A stretch of DNA of 63,249 nt, the filler included, from Octopus bimaculoides (taxonomy: Eukaryota), in the NCBI RefSeq assembly GCF_001194135.2. It is 4 parts of 4 records of this genome, joined end to end, with 100 filler letters (N's around TTAATTAATTAA, not from the genome) between each part and the next. Parts side by side here need not be neighbours in the genome. Positions count along the whole stretch, not along the records: positions 1 to 28,939 come from NC_068986.1; positions 29,040 to 50,875 come from NC_068988.1; 2 more parts are not named here. The stretch is one strand, 5' to 3'. Below are positions 25,572 through 37,673 of the stretch, one piece after another. Under the pieces are notes generated by a model. It was not told the origin of the DNA, did not search any database, and saw nothing but the letters and a program-made list of their open reading frames with translations. The translations under genes were made by a program, and so were the position numbers. How positions within the stretch are numbered: position 1 is the stretch's first letter; each line of letters opens with the position of its first letter.

Positions 25572-26424
25572 TACAAGCACACAACCGCGTGAACAAGCAC
25601 ACACGCACGCAACCATGTAAACCATAGAATTGCACTCAGCAACAATAAATCATGTTCCATCCACACTTTTACGAAACAATCTATTCAAAATGCTTTTCTC
25701 TTTTCAAGAGAAATATAAAATTTGGACCCAAATTTTCAATAAAGCAAACTATATATACATGGAAATGTTTGACATTTTCATGGGTAATAGACTAAATGTC
25801 TCAAATCATTTAAACTGGAAGTCATTAGAAAGTCATTAAACTGAAAGTCATTAAAAGGAGGTTACTAGAAATACAACACAAAATGAAACATTCCAATTAG
25901 AAGAGATCAGAAAGAGTACCTACACTGTAGAGATATCATAAACAGATTTTAAAGGTTTTTGGATATTTTCGGATCATCAGCTACGGAACTTATACAAAAT
26001 AAGGCCATTTTTCTAGAAAGATAGCATGCCATTTACTGTAGACGCCTTGAGGTTTTATGGAATACTAAATTAGCTGTCTGAAGGCCTCTGTTGGATACAT
26101 TCTATATATAAGCGAGATAAATTCTTTAGATCCACAACAATACACAGTGAAGCATCAACCATTGATAAAATGGACATAAACGTGTAAGATGTGATATCGG
26201 TCAGATAAAATGAGTTAAATTTAGCAAATGGCATTGACTAATTCTCGGTGTAGCTAATGATCGGAATCACCTATGATTAATTAAACAGTGGAGAGAGTTG
26301 TTAATTACTTTGGTGTTGTGGTTACTTAGGCCTTCAAACGAGGGCTTGTGTGTATGCACGTATGTGCATTTACATAGACTATATATGTAAACACAAGATT
26401 TTTATGGTTTATGTTCTATCGCAG

Positions 26425-26541
26425 GTAACTCTGTTTGTTTTAACAAATGCATTGGAACTGCTGGCTGTCGAGAAGAGAACGGACAACCTGTGTGTTTTTG
26501 TTATAGCGGTTACACTTTAAAAGATAATTCCTCTTGTGTTG
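26425..26541 (+). CDS. Mucin-like gene exon 12 (EGF-like)
   Basis: atcgcag| acceptor and |gtaagt donor; VCFNKCIGTAGCREENGQPVCFCYSGYTLKDNSSCV; 117 nt. Confidence 0.9.
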
Positions 26542-26804
26542 GTAAGTAATATTTACTATAGAAGACACTGCATTGTACATGTTATATTCCATTGTCTGTT
26601 GTGCAAATCATATTCATTAGCATAATTTCAAAATGTAGACATGCTATCATTAATTACAGCAGCATTCCACGACAGTATCAATAATTGCGACCATGAATAT
26701 TTCGTCGTATTTCGGTATCAGAAATCTATATATATATATATATGTACTGAATATTATGTTTTTTACAAATAACAGTTAAATGCACTATTTACTCTACATT
26801 TTAG

Positions 26805-26918
26805 ATACCAATGAATGTCTGGATAACCCTTGTGAAGGTGCATGTACTGACCTTAATGGCACATTTGAATGTAGCTGTCTGCCTGGGAAAAAGGTGTTCC
26901 AATCAACTAAATGTGTTG
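26805..26918 (+). CDS. Mucin-like gene exon 13 (cbEGF)
   Basis: cattttag| acceptor and |gtaagt donor; DTNECLDNPCEGACTDLNGTFECSCLPGKKVFQSTKCV; 114 nt. Confidence 0.92.
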
Positions 26919-27319
26919 GTAAGTGTATTTCTGCTTAAATGATTACTTAGTGCACATTGAGCTGTTATTATTTTCGTTTTTTCGTTATTTATGTGCCAAT
27001 ATGTTGCAATCTTTTGTTTCTTTCATTATATTCTCTCTACAATATTTCTGCTACATATTCCATGTTTTTATCATTACTACTCCTCATGCAATTTAACCTG
27101 TTGGGTGTCTACGCATATTTTCTTGATATTATGTTTGCTATAAAAAAAATTGTTTGCCTAAAAAAAGAATAAAATGAAATCGAACATTTGTTTTAATTTA
27201 ACTTTATTTAGTAGTCCAGAGTTATTCTGTAAATTATCAGTTAATTAGAGTAACATTTCATATGTAGCTTATGATACATTTATATATTTTATATACATTT
27301 GTTATACTTTTGTCGGTAG

Positions 27320-27574
27320 AGTGTGATGAAGAACATTTTGGTGAGAAATGCGAAGGAGATTGTAACATATGTAACGAGAAATCAACTGAAAGATGCGATA
27401 AAGTAAGTGGATGTATCTGCAATGAAGGTTGGAAAGGTAACAAATGTGAAACTGATATTGACGAATGTGAAAGTGCAAGTGTCTGCTCTGCAGATGAAAT
27501 TTGTGAAAACCAAAATGGAACTTACGAATGCAAATGCCAATCAGGGTACAAAAAGGAAGAAAATAAGTGCGTAG
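27320..27574 (+). CDS. Mucin-like gene exon 14 (laminin-type EGF plus cbEGF), last exon found
   Basis: cggtag| acceptor and |gttggt donor; ECDEEHFGEKCEGDC...CICNEGWKGNKCETDIDECESASVCSADEICENQNGTYECKCQSGY; 255 nt; no stop codon, so the gene continues beyond this exon. Confidence 0.92.
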
Positions 27575-27659
27575 GTTGGTATGAATTTTGGAATTTTATT
27601 GAAATTTGTATGTTCATTTGCTTATTATGGTGAAAAGATATTTATATTGAAGCTGTCAT

Positions 27660-27880
27660 AAGGGCGGCGAGCTGGCAGAATCATTAGTATGCCGGGTATA
27701 TGCTTAGTGGCATTCCACCTGTCTTTACGCTCACGTTGCAAATTCCGTCGAGGTCGACTTTACCTTTCGTCTTTTCGGAGTCGATGAAATAAATACTAGT
27801 TACATACTGGGTCGATGTAATCGACTAGCCCTCTAACCCTCTAACCCCCAATTTCAGGCTTTGTGCCTATAAAAGACAGA
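27660..27880 (+). mobile_element. SINE family B copy
   Basis: ggcggcgagctggcagaatcattag...gaggtcgactttacctttcgtcttttcggagtcgat. Confidence 0.75.
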
Positions 27881-27883
27881 ATT

Positions 27884-27992
27884 CTTCTTCTTCTTCTTCT
27901 TCTTCTTCTTCTTCTTCTTCTTCTTCTTCTTCTTCTTCTTCTTCTTCTTCTTCTTCTTCTTCTTCTTCTTCTTCTTCTTCTTCTTCTTCTTC
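27884..27992. repeat. (TTC)n microsatellite
   Basis: Uninterrupted TTC run adjoining the LINE 3' end. Confidence 0.95.
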
Positions 27993-27999
27993 TACACTC

Positions 28000-28690
28000 A
28001 ACAGATTAGACTGTTGGAAAAAATTCTAACATCGGGCTACAACAAGTAGCGTTAGATACCAAGAACTCCCCTATTGTGACATTAGATGCTAAGAACACTC
28101 CTAACTATCCTAGCTGTATCTAATAACACTGTTTTTAGCAGCTGTACTAAACTGGGTTTTATGCCTATTTCCTGTATCCATTTGTTCAGATTTTAGGGAT
28201 AATTCTCAATGCACCTATAACTACTGGGATACATTTTACCCGCACCTTCCATGGTCTCTGTAATTCAATAGCTATGTCCTGGTACTTCGCTTTTTCCTGT
28301 GTATTTCTCATCATTTGGGACTTCAATTATCTGCCACTTTCCATTTTCTGTATCTGCTACTACCAAATCAGGCCTATTACTCTATCAATCTTAAAGTCCC
28401 ATATCATCCTGTATTTCTTACTTACTAGTACTTTACTAGGTTCGTGTTCTTACCACTTACCAGTATGTTCAAGTCTTCGATTTCTACGAAGCTCCCAGTG
28501 CATTGCTCTCCCTAGATTGTCATGCCTTTCTTTTCTTGTAATCTTTCTGTGCCAGCATGCTACATTTATTCGCGATATGACGATTTCTTCCATTGATTTT
28601 CATAATTTACATTGGGAATCTACTTGGTTTTTGTTTAGTTTAGCTTTTATCCAATTAGTCCTTAATACTTGATCTTATGCATCTACTAAC
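28000..28690 (-). mobile_element. R4/Dong-like RLE non-LTR retrotransposon, 3' fragment
   Basis: Minus-strand pieces RHDNLGRAMHWEL, MIWDF..RPDLVV, KYQDIAIELQRPWKVRVKCIPVVIGAL and LLKTVLLDTARIVRSVL. Confidence 0.8.
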
Positions 28691-28734
28691 AAACTATAAT
28701 GATAATAATAACAACAGCAACAACGATAATAATA

Positions 28735-28794
<60 letters not shown>

Positions 28795-28939
28795 TTCCCA
28801 GAAAGCCATGAACTGCTAACAAAACTTTACAACGATGTTTTGAAAAATCCTAGTTTGATGCCCTCTTGGCTAGTTAATGGTTTAACATTCCTGCTTCCAA
28901 AAAATGAGGAAACAAACGAACCAAAAAATTATCACCCCA
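28795..28939 (+). mobile_element. R4/Dong-like RT N-terminal fragment following (ATA)n
   Basis: HELLTKLYNDVLKNPSLMPSWLVNGLTFLLPKNEETNEPKNYHP resembles P-x-WL-x2-G-x-T-x-L-x-PK...NYRP. Confidence 0.8.
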
Positions 28940-28983
28940 NNNNNNNNNNNNNNNNNNNNNNNNNNNNNNNNNNNNNNNNNNNN

Positions 28984-28995
28984 TTAATTAATTAA
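28984..28995. other. Assembly linker TTAATTAATTAA inside an N gap (also at 50920-50931 and 61533-61544)
   Basis: Identical 12-mer with stops in all six frames, each time flanked by N runs; an artefact marking scaffold joins. Confidence 0.9.
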
Positions 28996-29123
28996 NNNNN
29001 NNNNNNNNNNNNNNNNNNNNNNNNNNNNNNNNNNNNNNNTAATTCCCATAAAGTTTATATAGATAGGCGGTTTAATTTAACATGGTTATAAAATAGTCGA
29101 TGAGGGTTTCTTTACGTTTAGCA

Positions 29124-29165
<42 letters not shown>

Positions 29166-30504
29166 TTATTATATTTTTAGGTGTTTAATTTTATTAAATT
29201 TTCATAAATTTTTAAAATTTTATAATTTTTTTAATTTTTAAGAACTTTTAAATTTTATAAAAATATATTAGGAAGTTATATATATATAGATATTCTTATT
29301 TTTACTGAAGATATCTTAGAATTTGGATGATTAAGTAGAATCTGTTAATAATGATAATATAAAGAAAAATAGCCTGAGGACGCACTGGTGGATTTACGTA
29401 TTAGGTATAGGCTGGTAGAACAAACCACCAGCTTAGAAACACGTGTAGCGTTGACTAATATTATCTTCCTTCCCCACAGACTAATAACAAGTAAGGTATA
29501 TATATATTTTTTATAAAATGTGTTTATATAATTTTTAATTAATTCTAATGTACGTTATTTTATTGCACAATATAGTAGGATATAAAATGATAATGTTATT
29601 AGATTAGTAGTTTGGATATAACTTTCTATGTGTACTCAAGAAAATAAGGTTGTCCTGAAATTTATTAATGACTGTATATTTTTAAATCGACAGACTGCGC
29701 TGATAATCCTGCAGATATTTACTTACGTAAATTTTAACAGGTGAAACCATGGTACGTAGGTTAATCGTGTTTTTTTTTTTTTTTAGTATTTTTCATTTGT
29801 CTTGCCCTTTTACAGTCTGTTGTGTCGCTAATTTTTTACTGAGAACATATTTCTTCGTGGTTAGATGATTCGGCATCTATTTCTAGCATATAGGAGTCCA
29901 CTTTTGCTGGTCATTCATCTTATTTTTGTATGTAATATAATTTTAATCTTCGGATTTTTTAATATGCTAGACCACTGGTTTTAATTGATTAATATCAATT
30001 TCTACCCTTATTAATAAATTTAAATAATGATNNNNNNNNNNNNNNNNNNNNNNNNNNNNNNNNNNNNNNNNNNNNNNNNNNNNNNNNNNNNNNNNNNNNN
30101 NNNNNNNNNNNNNNNNNNNNNNNNNNNNNNNNNNNNNNNNNNNNNNNNNNNNNNNNNNNNNNNNNNNNNNNNNNNNNNNNNNNNNNNNNNNNNNNNNNNN
30201 NNNNNNNNNNNNNNNNNNNNNNNNNNNNNNNNNNNNNNNNNNNNNNNNNNNNNNNNNNNNNNNNNNNNNNNNNNNNNNNNNNNNNNNNNNNNNNNNNNNN
30301 NNNNNNNNNNNNNNNNNNNNNNNNNNNNNNNNNNNNNNNNNNNNNNNNNNNNNNNNNNNNNNNNNNNNNNNNNNNNNNNNNNNNNNNNNNNNNNNNNNNN
30401 NNNNNNNNNNNNNNNNNNNNNNNNNNNNNNNNNNNNNNNNNNNNNNNNNNNNNNNNNNNNNNNNNNNNNNNNNNNNNNNNNNNNNNTATATATATATATA
30501 TATA

Positions 30505-30690
30505 TATGGCATGTAAAAGCACCCACTACACTCTTGGAATGGTTGGTGTTAGGTAGGGCATCCAGCTGTAGAAACTCTGCCAGATCAGATTGGAGCTTGG
30601 TGCAGCCATCTGGCTCACCAGTCCCCAGTCAAACCGTCCAACCCATGTCAGCATGGAAAGCGGACATTCAACGACAATGATGATGATACA
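30505..30690. mobile_element. SINE family C (catcatcgtttaacgtccgctttccatgc...), reverse orientation
   Basis: Same family at 35680-35775, 39930-40160, 47040-47255 and 50643-50875. Confidence 0.75.
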
Positions 30691-30722
30691 TACACATACA
30701 TATGCACATAAGAAAGTGTACA

Positions 30723-30770
<48 letters not shown>

Positions 30771-30859
30771 TAGTACATAAAAGAGTGTATACTCATATGT
30801 AGTTCTCATTATTCAGGCAGTATTTGGTTGGTGTCTTCCTGTGGATTGTTGGGATGGTA

Positions 30860-33800
30860 GTTCCAGTGGTTTTGGTATTATTTTTTGTTTAGTTTCAGTT
30901 GGTATTTTCAAATAAAGTATTCTTCCTTGACCTTACGAAAATGTTCATTTTCTGTCTGTAGTTTGAAGAAAGAAAATATTTTGAATTTTCTTTGCCCACA
31001 TTTTTCGAAGTGTTCACTGCAAGTTGTGTTTCTAAAAGTGGTGTCATGGATTTTTTTGTTTACGTACCGTTACTCTCTCATATAATCCAATGCCTGTTTC
31101 ACCAATGCAGTATCCTTTGTATTCAGAGCATGTGGCACAGTAGATTAGTTTTCTAGATTTGCAATTCATATTTGCATTTATTTTAAAAGTGATATTATCT
31201 TTAAAAGTAATTTGTTCTCCTTCTTCAATGTCATCACAAGTTCCATGGTGAGGATCACCACATTTTTGAACTCTCTTTCTTGTTTCTATAGTAGTAAATC
31301 TTGCTTGGGTTAAGAACTTTTTAGGTTGGGTGCTTGATGTCTGCTATAAATTATTTTTGAATCTGTTATCAATTTGTTCATTCTTGATAATTGTAGAAGA
31401 ATTGGGAGGTATCTTTTTGCAGTATTGATGTTGTGATTTCTTGGGTTGTGGGTGATGACAAAAGAAATGCTTATGAGTTCATTTTTATTTTTGTGTGTAT
31501 ATTTTCCTCTGAAGTTTGGATGTTTTTTGCCCTGGTGATTGCTGTATCAATTAAACTAGTAGGATATGTTTTGCCCTGGTGATTGCTGTATCAATTAAAC
31601 TAGTAGGATATTTTTGTTCTTTTAGAAATATTTTTAATTCCTGTAATCTTTTATCCCTTAATTCTGCATCTATTACCATAGTGCAAGTTTGTTTTGCCAT
31701 ATTAAATGGTATGTTGTTTTTTTGTTTTTTTGGTATGTGAAGGATGGGGAAATGAAAGTTCAAATACTGGTGTGTGTATAGGTTGTAAAAGAGATCTGTT
31801 TTTATGGTGTTGTTTTCTTTTATAAGAAGTATGTCTAAAAATGGTAATTCCTTTGTGTGTTGTTCCATGGTGAATTTTATTGAGGTATGTAAATTATTTA
31901 AAAGTGAGTGAGAGCTTCCTAAGTTTTCTTGCTTTTGGTCCAAAATATAAAGCAGTCATTCAAATACCATTTCCAATTGGTTTTTTATATAAATGGAGAA
32001 TTGTTTGTTAAATATTTCTGTTAGTTGAGAATAGAGTTTGACCTTTGAGAAGCCCATTACGAATGTTGCATAGGTGGGGGTTGCGTTTGTCCCTATCATT
32101 GTTCCTTTTATTTGTAAGTAGGTGTTGTCGAAGAAGTTATTATTTTCTAGTATTAATTTTAATCCTTCTAAAATGAAGGTTTTTGAGAATATTTCCATGA
32201 TATGATTCGGGTGTTTTGTTAACCAAAAATTTATAGCTTCATTTCCTAGATCATATGGGATATTGGTGTATAGACTAGTTACATCAAAACTAACAAAAAT
32301 TGTCTCCTGGTGGACACTTTTAGTTATGTAGTTTAAAAAGTCCATATTGTCCTAGACAAAGCTTGGTATCATTTTGCATAAAGGTTTTAGAACTATATCT
32401 ATTAAGTTGCTTAAGCATTGTGTATTGGATTCTGGTCCTGCAATGATTGGGCATAGTTTCAGGTCTCTGTGTTTTGGAATTTCAACATGTTGAATTGTTT
32501 CCTTTTATGTTGTCTTGGATTTCTTTTGATTTGTGGCTCTTAAATAAACCATAGAAGTTACTGGTTTTACTTAGTTGGTTAAATAATTAACTTCATTCTC
32601 AGTTAGGTTATTATGATATTTTAAGACCAGTTTATGTATCTTGCATTGTATTTTTATCTTCATTTTGGTTTAGCTTCTTGTAGAAGTGATGGTTGCTGAA
32701 CTGTTCCATCACCATATCTGTGGAATGGTTCTTGTCCATGATAACTATTGCTCTACTTTTGTCAGCTTCTTTGAAAATTATCGAAGAGTCTTTTTGTAAT
32801 TTTTTTAATGCTTTCAATTGATCTTTGGATATGTTGGATTTACATTTCCTCTCTATCTGAGCTAATATATTTTTCAAAATTTTCGTCTCTATTTAAGAGA
32901 GGGCTGAATCCTGTTCTGTTTTTAACCAGTGATTCATCTGTGTGTCCAGTATTTAGAAAAAATTCTCTCAATCATAATTTTCAGCAAAATTCTTCTGTGT
33001 CTTTTATGAGTTCAGCTTTGGTTGGATTTTGGAGTGGGTGTAAATTTCAATTCATTTTCCAGGAGTTTAATTTCTTAGTAGAGAAATTTAGTATTTTCGG
33101 TTTGCTTATGTTTGCTTTCTAGTGTTTTGGGAAGAATGGTGTTATTTTCTTTTTTTTTGGTGTTAGATTTCCTGTCTTAAAAAATGGTTTCCATTGGCAT
33201 TGGGAGTGTTTATGTGAGAATTTTGTATTTTTTTATATGTAAATATTTTAGGTTGGTTATTCATGGGTAAGTATGTTCTTGGTTGTTGGATTGGGGGTCG
33301 ACTCATTATTCTATTGTTGTTCCATGTGGTTCATTTGTGTCTATGATTTGGTCTCTGTAGAGTTCTATTTGTTCTTTAGTTGGGGTTGTATGTTCCCTTG
33401 TTTCTTGTTACATCTGTGTATGATCGCAAATTTGTATTTCTTAGAGGACTGAAGTATCTTTGGCTATTTTGTGAGCAAACTTCCTTTCTTTTGGTGTTGT
33501 TTTGAAGTCTGATGGATTTCGTAGTAGGTCAGTGTTTAAGTTTTATCTGGGTTTTCCCATAGGTGTTTTCGTAATGCAGTAGCAAGAGGATTTTTGATTC
33601 TAAGATCTTAAACTTGATCTCCTCTCTATTGGTGTCAGTTTTCCACATATCTAGAAGATTTTTTTTTTTTGGATACTTCCACTGCTTCTTTTGTTAATTT
33701 CTTCATGTATACAGGTGTCATATTTTTCAAATTTCTTTTGGGAGTTTGTTACTCTAAGGCGAAGAAGTGTGATTACAGGCTCAAATCTCTGTAGTGCTAA

Positions 33801-34240
33801 ATTGAGGTGAATCTTTGTTTCTTCATTTGGCTCCAATGATACAAAATTTTCTTGGGAGTATTACTTCTTCTCTGCTCCTCCACTGTTGATATGTGTTAGC
33901 TAGGTTTTTATTTTTTAAGGCTCTCCTATATGCTTGTTTTCTTTAATTTAATATGTTATTCCAGATGTTTTTCATCTGGCTTTTCTTTGTGTATGCCTCT
34001 TTTTCCAAGTTGAGTTCATTCCATTCTTTTAATATGTTTTGTGTGGTTGAATTTAGGCTGTGGATATCTGTTTCTGGAGTTTTGCTTTGGTTTTCATTTT
34101 AATGATGGTCTGTAAGAAGGGAATGCAGTGTTTCTCTGTAGATCAGTGTTTCTTGTTCCATTTCATGGAAGGCATTAGTAAAGGATTCATATTTGTTTAT
34201 ACTGGTTGAAAGTTTTGGGGAAATTTCTTCTAATAATGTT
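30860..34240 (-). mobile_element. Near full-length decayed Penelope-like element (RT plus GIY-YIG)
   Basis: NISKDQLKALKKLQKDSSIIFKEADK; IFVSFDVTSLYTNIP; YLQIKGTMIGT; ELPFLDILL; GETGIGLYERV...HFEKC..KVKEEYFI; 45-bp internal tandem duplication near 31521-31610; microsatellites at both ends. Confidence 0.9.
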
Positions 34241-34542
34241 TCAAATTTCAGTGATTTGGCTGAATATATATATATGTGTGTGTACGTGTATATGTATGTA
34301 TGTGTGTGTGTACGTACGTGCACATGTGTATGTGTATATATATGTTCACCATACTACCTGGGAGAACTGATTAGGTGTCCTCAAGGCAATAGGCACCACA
34401 CGGGTCATCTTTTGACAAGAACACAACAATATTGACCACACCAAAATATTCCATTTCTTTATTCTTGATGGACTCAACTCTCCTCCCCACTGCTCTTAAT
34501 TACTATTAGTCTTCTTCTTCATCTTCTTCTTACATGCTTTTG

Positions 34543-34579
<37 letters not shown>

Positions 34580-35028
34580 AAAATATTTTTTCTCCTTTTT
34601 TGTGTATATCTTTTTGGGAGGAATACTTGTAAGAAAAATACCTTTGCTATTTAAGCAACCAGTAAAACATACATTTTTCAGTTTGAAAACAGCTACTTGA
34701 GGCTCAAAACTCATATCAGAGTAAATAACTGTAAACATTATTATTAAGATTAAAATAAAAATGATCCCCTCCAAAAAGCCATCTCTACTAATTTTTTCAA
34801 ATATATATAATACTTACCAAGAACTTTCTTTTTACTATTCTACTATAGATATATATTATTAAATATATATACTAATGTATATGTTTTGTGTATTTTCTAG
34901 TGACTGCAATGGTATAGCGGGGTATATAAACTGGAAAATACACATATACATTAGTATATATATTTAATGATATTAGAGCTGCTTTTACTTCTTGTGTGTG
35001 TGTGTGTGTGAAAATTATGAACTGTTAC

Positions 35029-35188
35029 CTGGGTTAATAAAGGAACATTGTTTTCCAACTTCTCCAAAGTTCCAGCTGGTAAATTGTAAAAAGCTTCATT
35101 TGTTGGTGCAAAGATGGTCAAGTTTTGTTTAGTTTCAGACAGAACTCGGACAAGTAAATAAGATTTCAATACAAGACGCCGCAAAATG
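35029..35188 (-). CDS. Fasciclin gene exon (second FAS1 H1), last exon found
   Basis: cttttgcag| acceptor and |gtaaca donor; SILRRLVLKSYLLVRVLSETKQNLTIFAPTNEAFYNLPAGTLEKLENNVPLLTQ; 160 nt, phase 2 to 0. Confidence 0.9.
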
Positions 35189-35275
35189 CTGCAAAAGAAA
35201 TTCAGTACCACCATTATCATCATCATCATAATCACTACCATCGCCACTCTATTACCAGTACCATTACCAAACCAA

Positions 35276-35307
<32 letters not shown>

Positions 35308-35603
35308 CTATCGTCTGCTCTATTGTGTCTGTCACCTTCCTTACCATTTCCATCACCATTGTCACCAATTCCACCATCATCATTCCTCACCCTCATAATC
35401 CCTTTATATTTAGTTAGGAACAATAAAGATTCCTCTTTATTAATCTGTTAACATTTCAAGACTTTCTTAGTTTCATAATGAAAATGAAATGATGGCAATA
35501 ATTGTCACAGAATGGTTGAATACATCATTAAAACCCAAGAAACAGAGCACCATATGCATCACACCTCATCACAAACTCATCAATAGAATTACATGATTAT
35601 TAT

Positions 35604-36598
35604 ATACAAGGTAGCATGAAAAAGTTTATGAACTAATTATGTTTAATAAAAAATAACTTGTTTACTTGAGTTTTAATATTATCATCGTCGTTTAACGTCC
35701 GCTTTCCATGCTAGCATGGGTTGGACGATTTGACTGAGGACTGGTGAAACCAGATGGCTACACCAGGCTCCACTCCTTCAAAATATTCACCTTGTGCAGC
35801 AATACACTGGTCTCAGTGTTCCTGCCACTTTTGGAATCTGGCCTGGAAGTTATTTGCTGTAAGCGAGTTGAGGACCTTCTGTGATTCCCTCTGGATCTTG
35901 ACAACAGTGTTAAAATGACAACCTTTGAGCTACCTTTTCATCTTGGGGAAGAAATGGAAGTTCACAGGTACTAAACCTGACAATTAGGGTGGGTGCAGAA
36001 GTGATACTGCATTGCTTTTGATGAGAAACTCACAAGTGAGGAGAGCTCGGTAACTGGGTACATAATTCTTTATGCTCCATAGATCCAGTTGCTTTCACTG
36101 AATGTTCTCCCTCGAATGCTTCAAAACGTTAATTGTCCCCCAATGATCCTCATACACAAGCTGATGAGCTTTCTCCACATTTCTGGGGGTGACACTCATG
36201 GTAGGTCTTCCAGATTGCTTATTGTCTTCCAGGGACGATCACTCATTGACTTCCATTTTTGAAGCACTCATGCCACTCGAAACATTGTGTGCAATCCATT
36301 GCCTCATTGCTGTAAGCTTGTCAAAATATGCTCAATGTCTCTATAAGAGACTTTCCAAGTTTAACGCAAAATGGCTCTTTGTTCCAACTTCCAGTCCATG
36401 ACAAACTTTGTAAACTACAGCATACATGTGATTACAAAAACACAAATTTCACAACTTGTGAAGTAAATACAATGATGTCACTTGGCATACTACCTCATGA
36501 AAGTCACTGTTAGCTCTCATTGTGCATGCAGCTGTGTGCTGCCATCTGTTGGTGTGCTACAGAACTAGTCCGGGGACTTTTTGATACCACCTCCTATG
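35604..36598 (-). mobile_element. Mariner-type DNA transposon, internally deleted and decayed, interrupted by SINE C
   Basis: Minus strand HPP...FHFFPKMKR.LKG...QKWQEH.DQCIAAQGEYFEG; diverged TIR-like ends tacaaggtagcatgaaaaagttt and its inverse ctttttgataccacctcctatgta. Confidence 0.8.
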
Positions 36599-37181
36599 TA
36601 ATATTATATATTTCTATTAATGAGCTGGCAGAATTGTTAGCACTATATCATAACACCTGAATGAAAAACTTTTCTTCAATATCATACTACAAACTAACAA
36701 GCCACAGAACATACAATAGACCAATGATTCCCAACCTTTTCAGAACCACAGACCAGTTTCCCATGAGACAGTTTTATCACAGACCAAATCACACACCAAA
36801 CGAAACACAATAAAGTGTATGATATATTATCTTTTTCTTGTTTCAATCATTGATATATAAATATGCATATATACAAGGGCTTCTTTCAATTTCTTTCTAC
36901 CAAATTTGCTCAGAAGGCTTTGATTGACCTGAGGCTATAGCAGAAGATACTTGCCCAAGGTGCCAAATGGCAGGACTGAACCCAGGAACATGCATTTGGG
37001 AAGCAAGCTTCTTACCACACAGCCATAATATTACATACATAATACATGTCAAAAGCAAAAACACCCTACAGACTACAATAATCAATAAAATACATACATA
37101 CGTACATACATATTGGCACACAGACAGATAGATAGATATGAGTGTGTGTGCTTGTCTGCTGTCTGTCTGTGTATATATGTC

Positions 37182-37223
<42 letters not shown>

Positions 37224-37533
37224 GTTAAGGAGGGTATTGGATTTAACCAAACCCAAAGATACAGGTAATACCAAGTAAGTGCTGTATACCGGCTAGTTAT
37301 GCCCCAATCGTTGTATGAACAGGATTGGGGATTATAAGTCGTGCATTAGCGTATGTATGTATAAATATATAAAAAGATAAAGAGAACAATGGTAAAGTTA
37401 GAAATATATTTTATCCATAAAATATATTTCTAACTTTACCATTGTTCTCTTTATCTTTTTATATATATATATATATATATATGCGAGTGCGTATGATGCA
37501 TGTATCATAAAGAGTGAATATTTAGTAACATAC

Positions 37534-37673
37534 CTGAATTTTGGTTGCCGTAATATCTCACCATAAGCATTTTCCATGGGGAGAGGAAACATTAAACCAT
37601 CAATTAAATGAACCACAGACAATCCATTTGTGTTATCTTTATTGAGAATTTTTGATCCTGATGCAGTAATGAT
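37534..37673 (-). CDS. Fasciclin gene exon (FAS1 H2 motif and start of next repeat)
   Basis: ttctttcag| acceptor and |gtatgt donor; IITASGSKILNKDNTNGLSVVHLIDGLMFP (H2 VVH-x-ID); 140 nt, phase 0 to 2. Confidence 0.9.

Noticed and set aside
28984-28995. Recurrent TTAATTAATTAA as a biological motif
   Set aside because: It occurs only inside N runs (three times) and has stops in all six frames, so it is an assembly linker.
34496-34774. Signal-peptide-like ORF MEGIIFILILIIMF...
   Set aside because: It starts at TTG, the hydrophobic stretch is an AT-rich intron-like tract, and the ORF runs into (TA)n.
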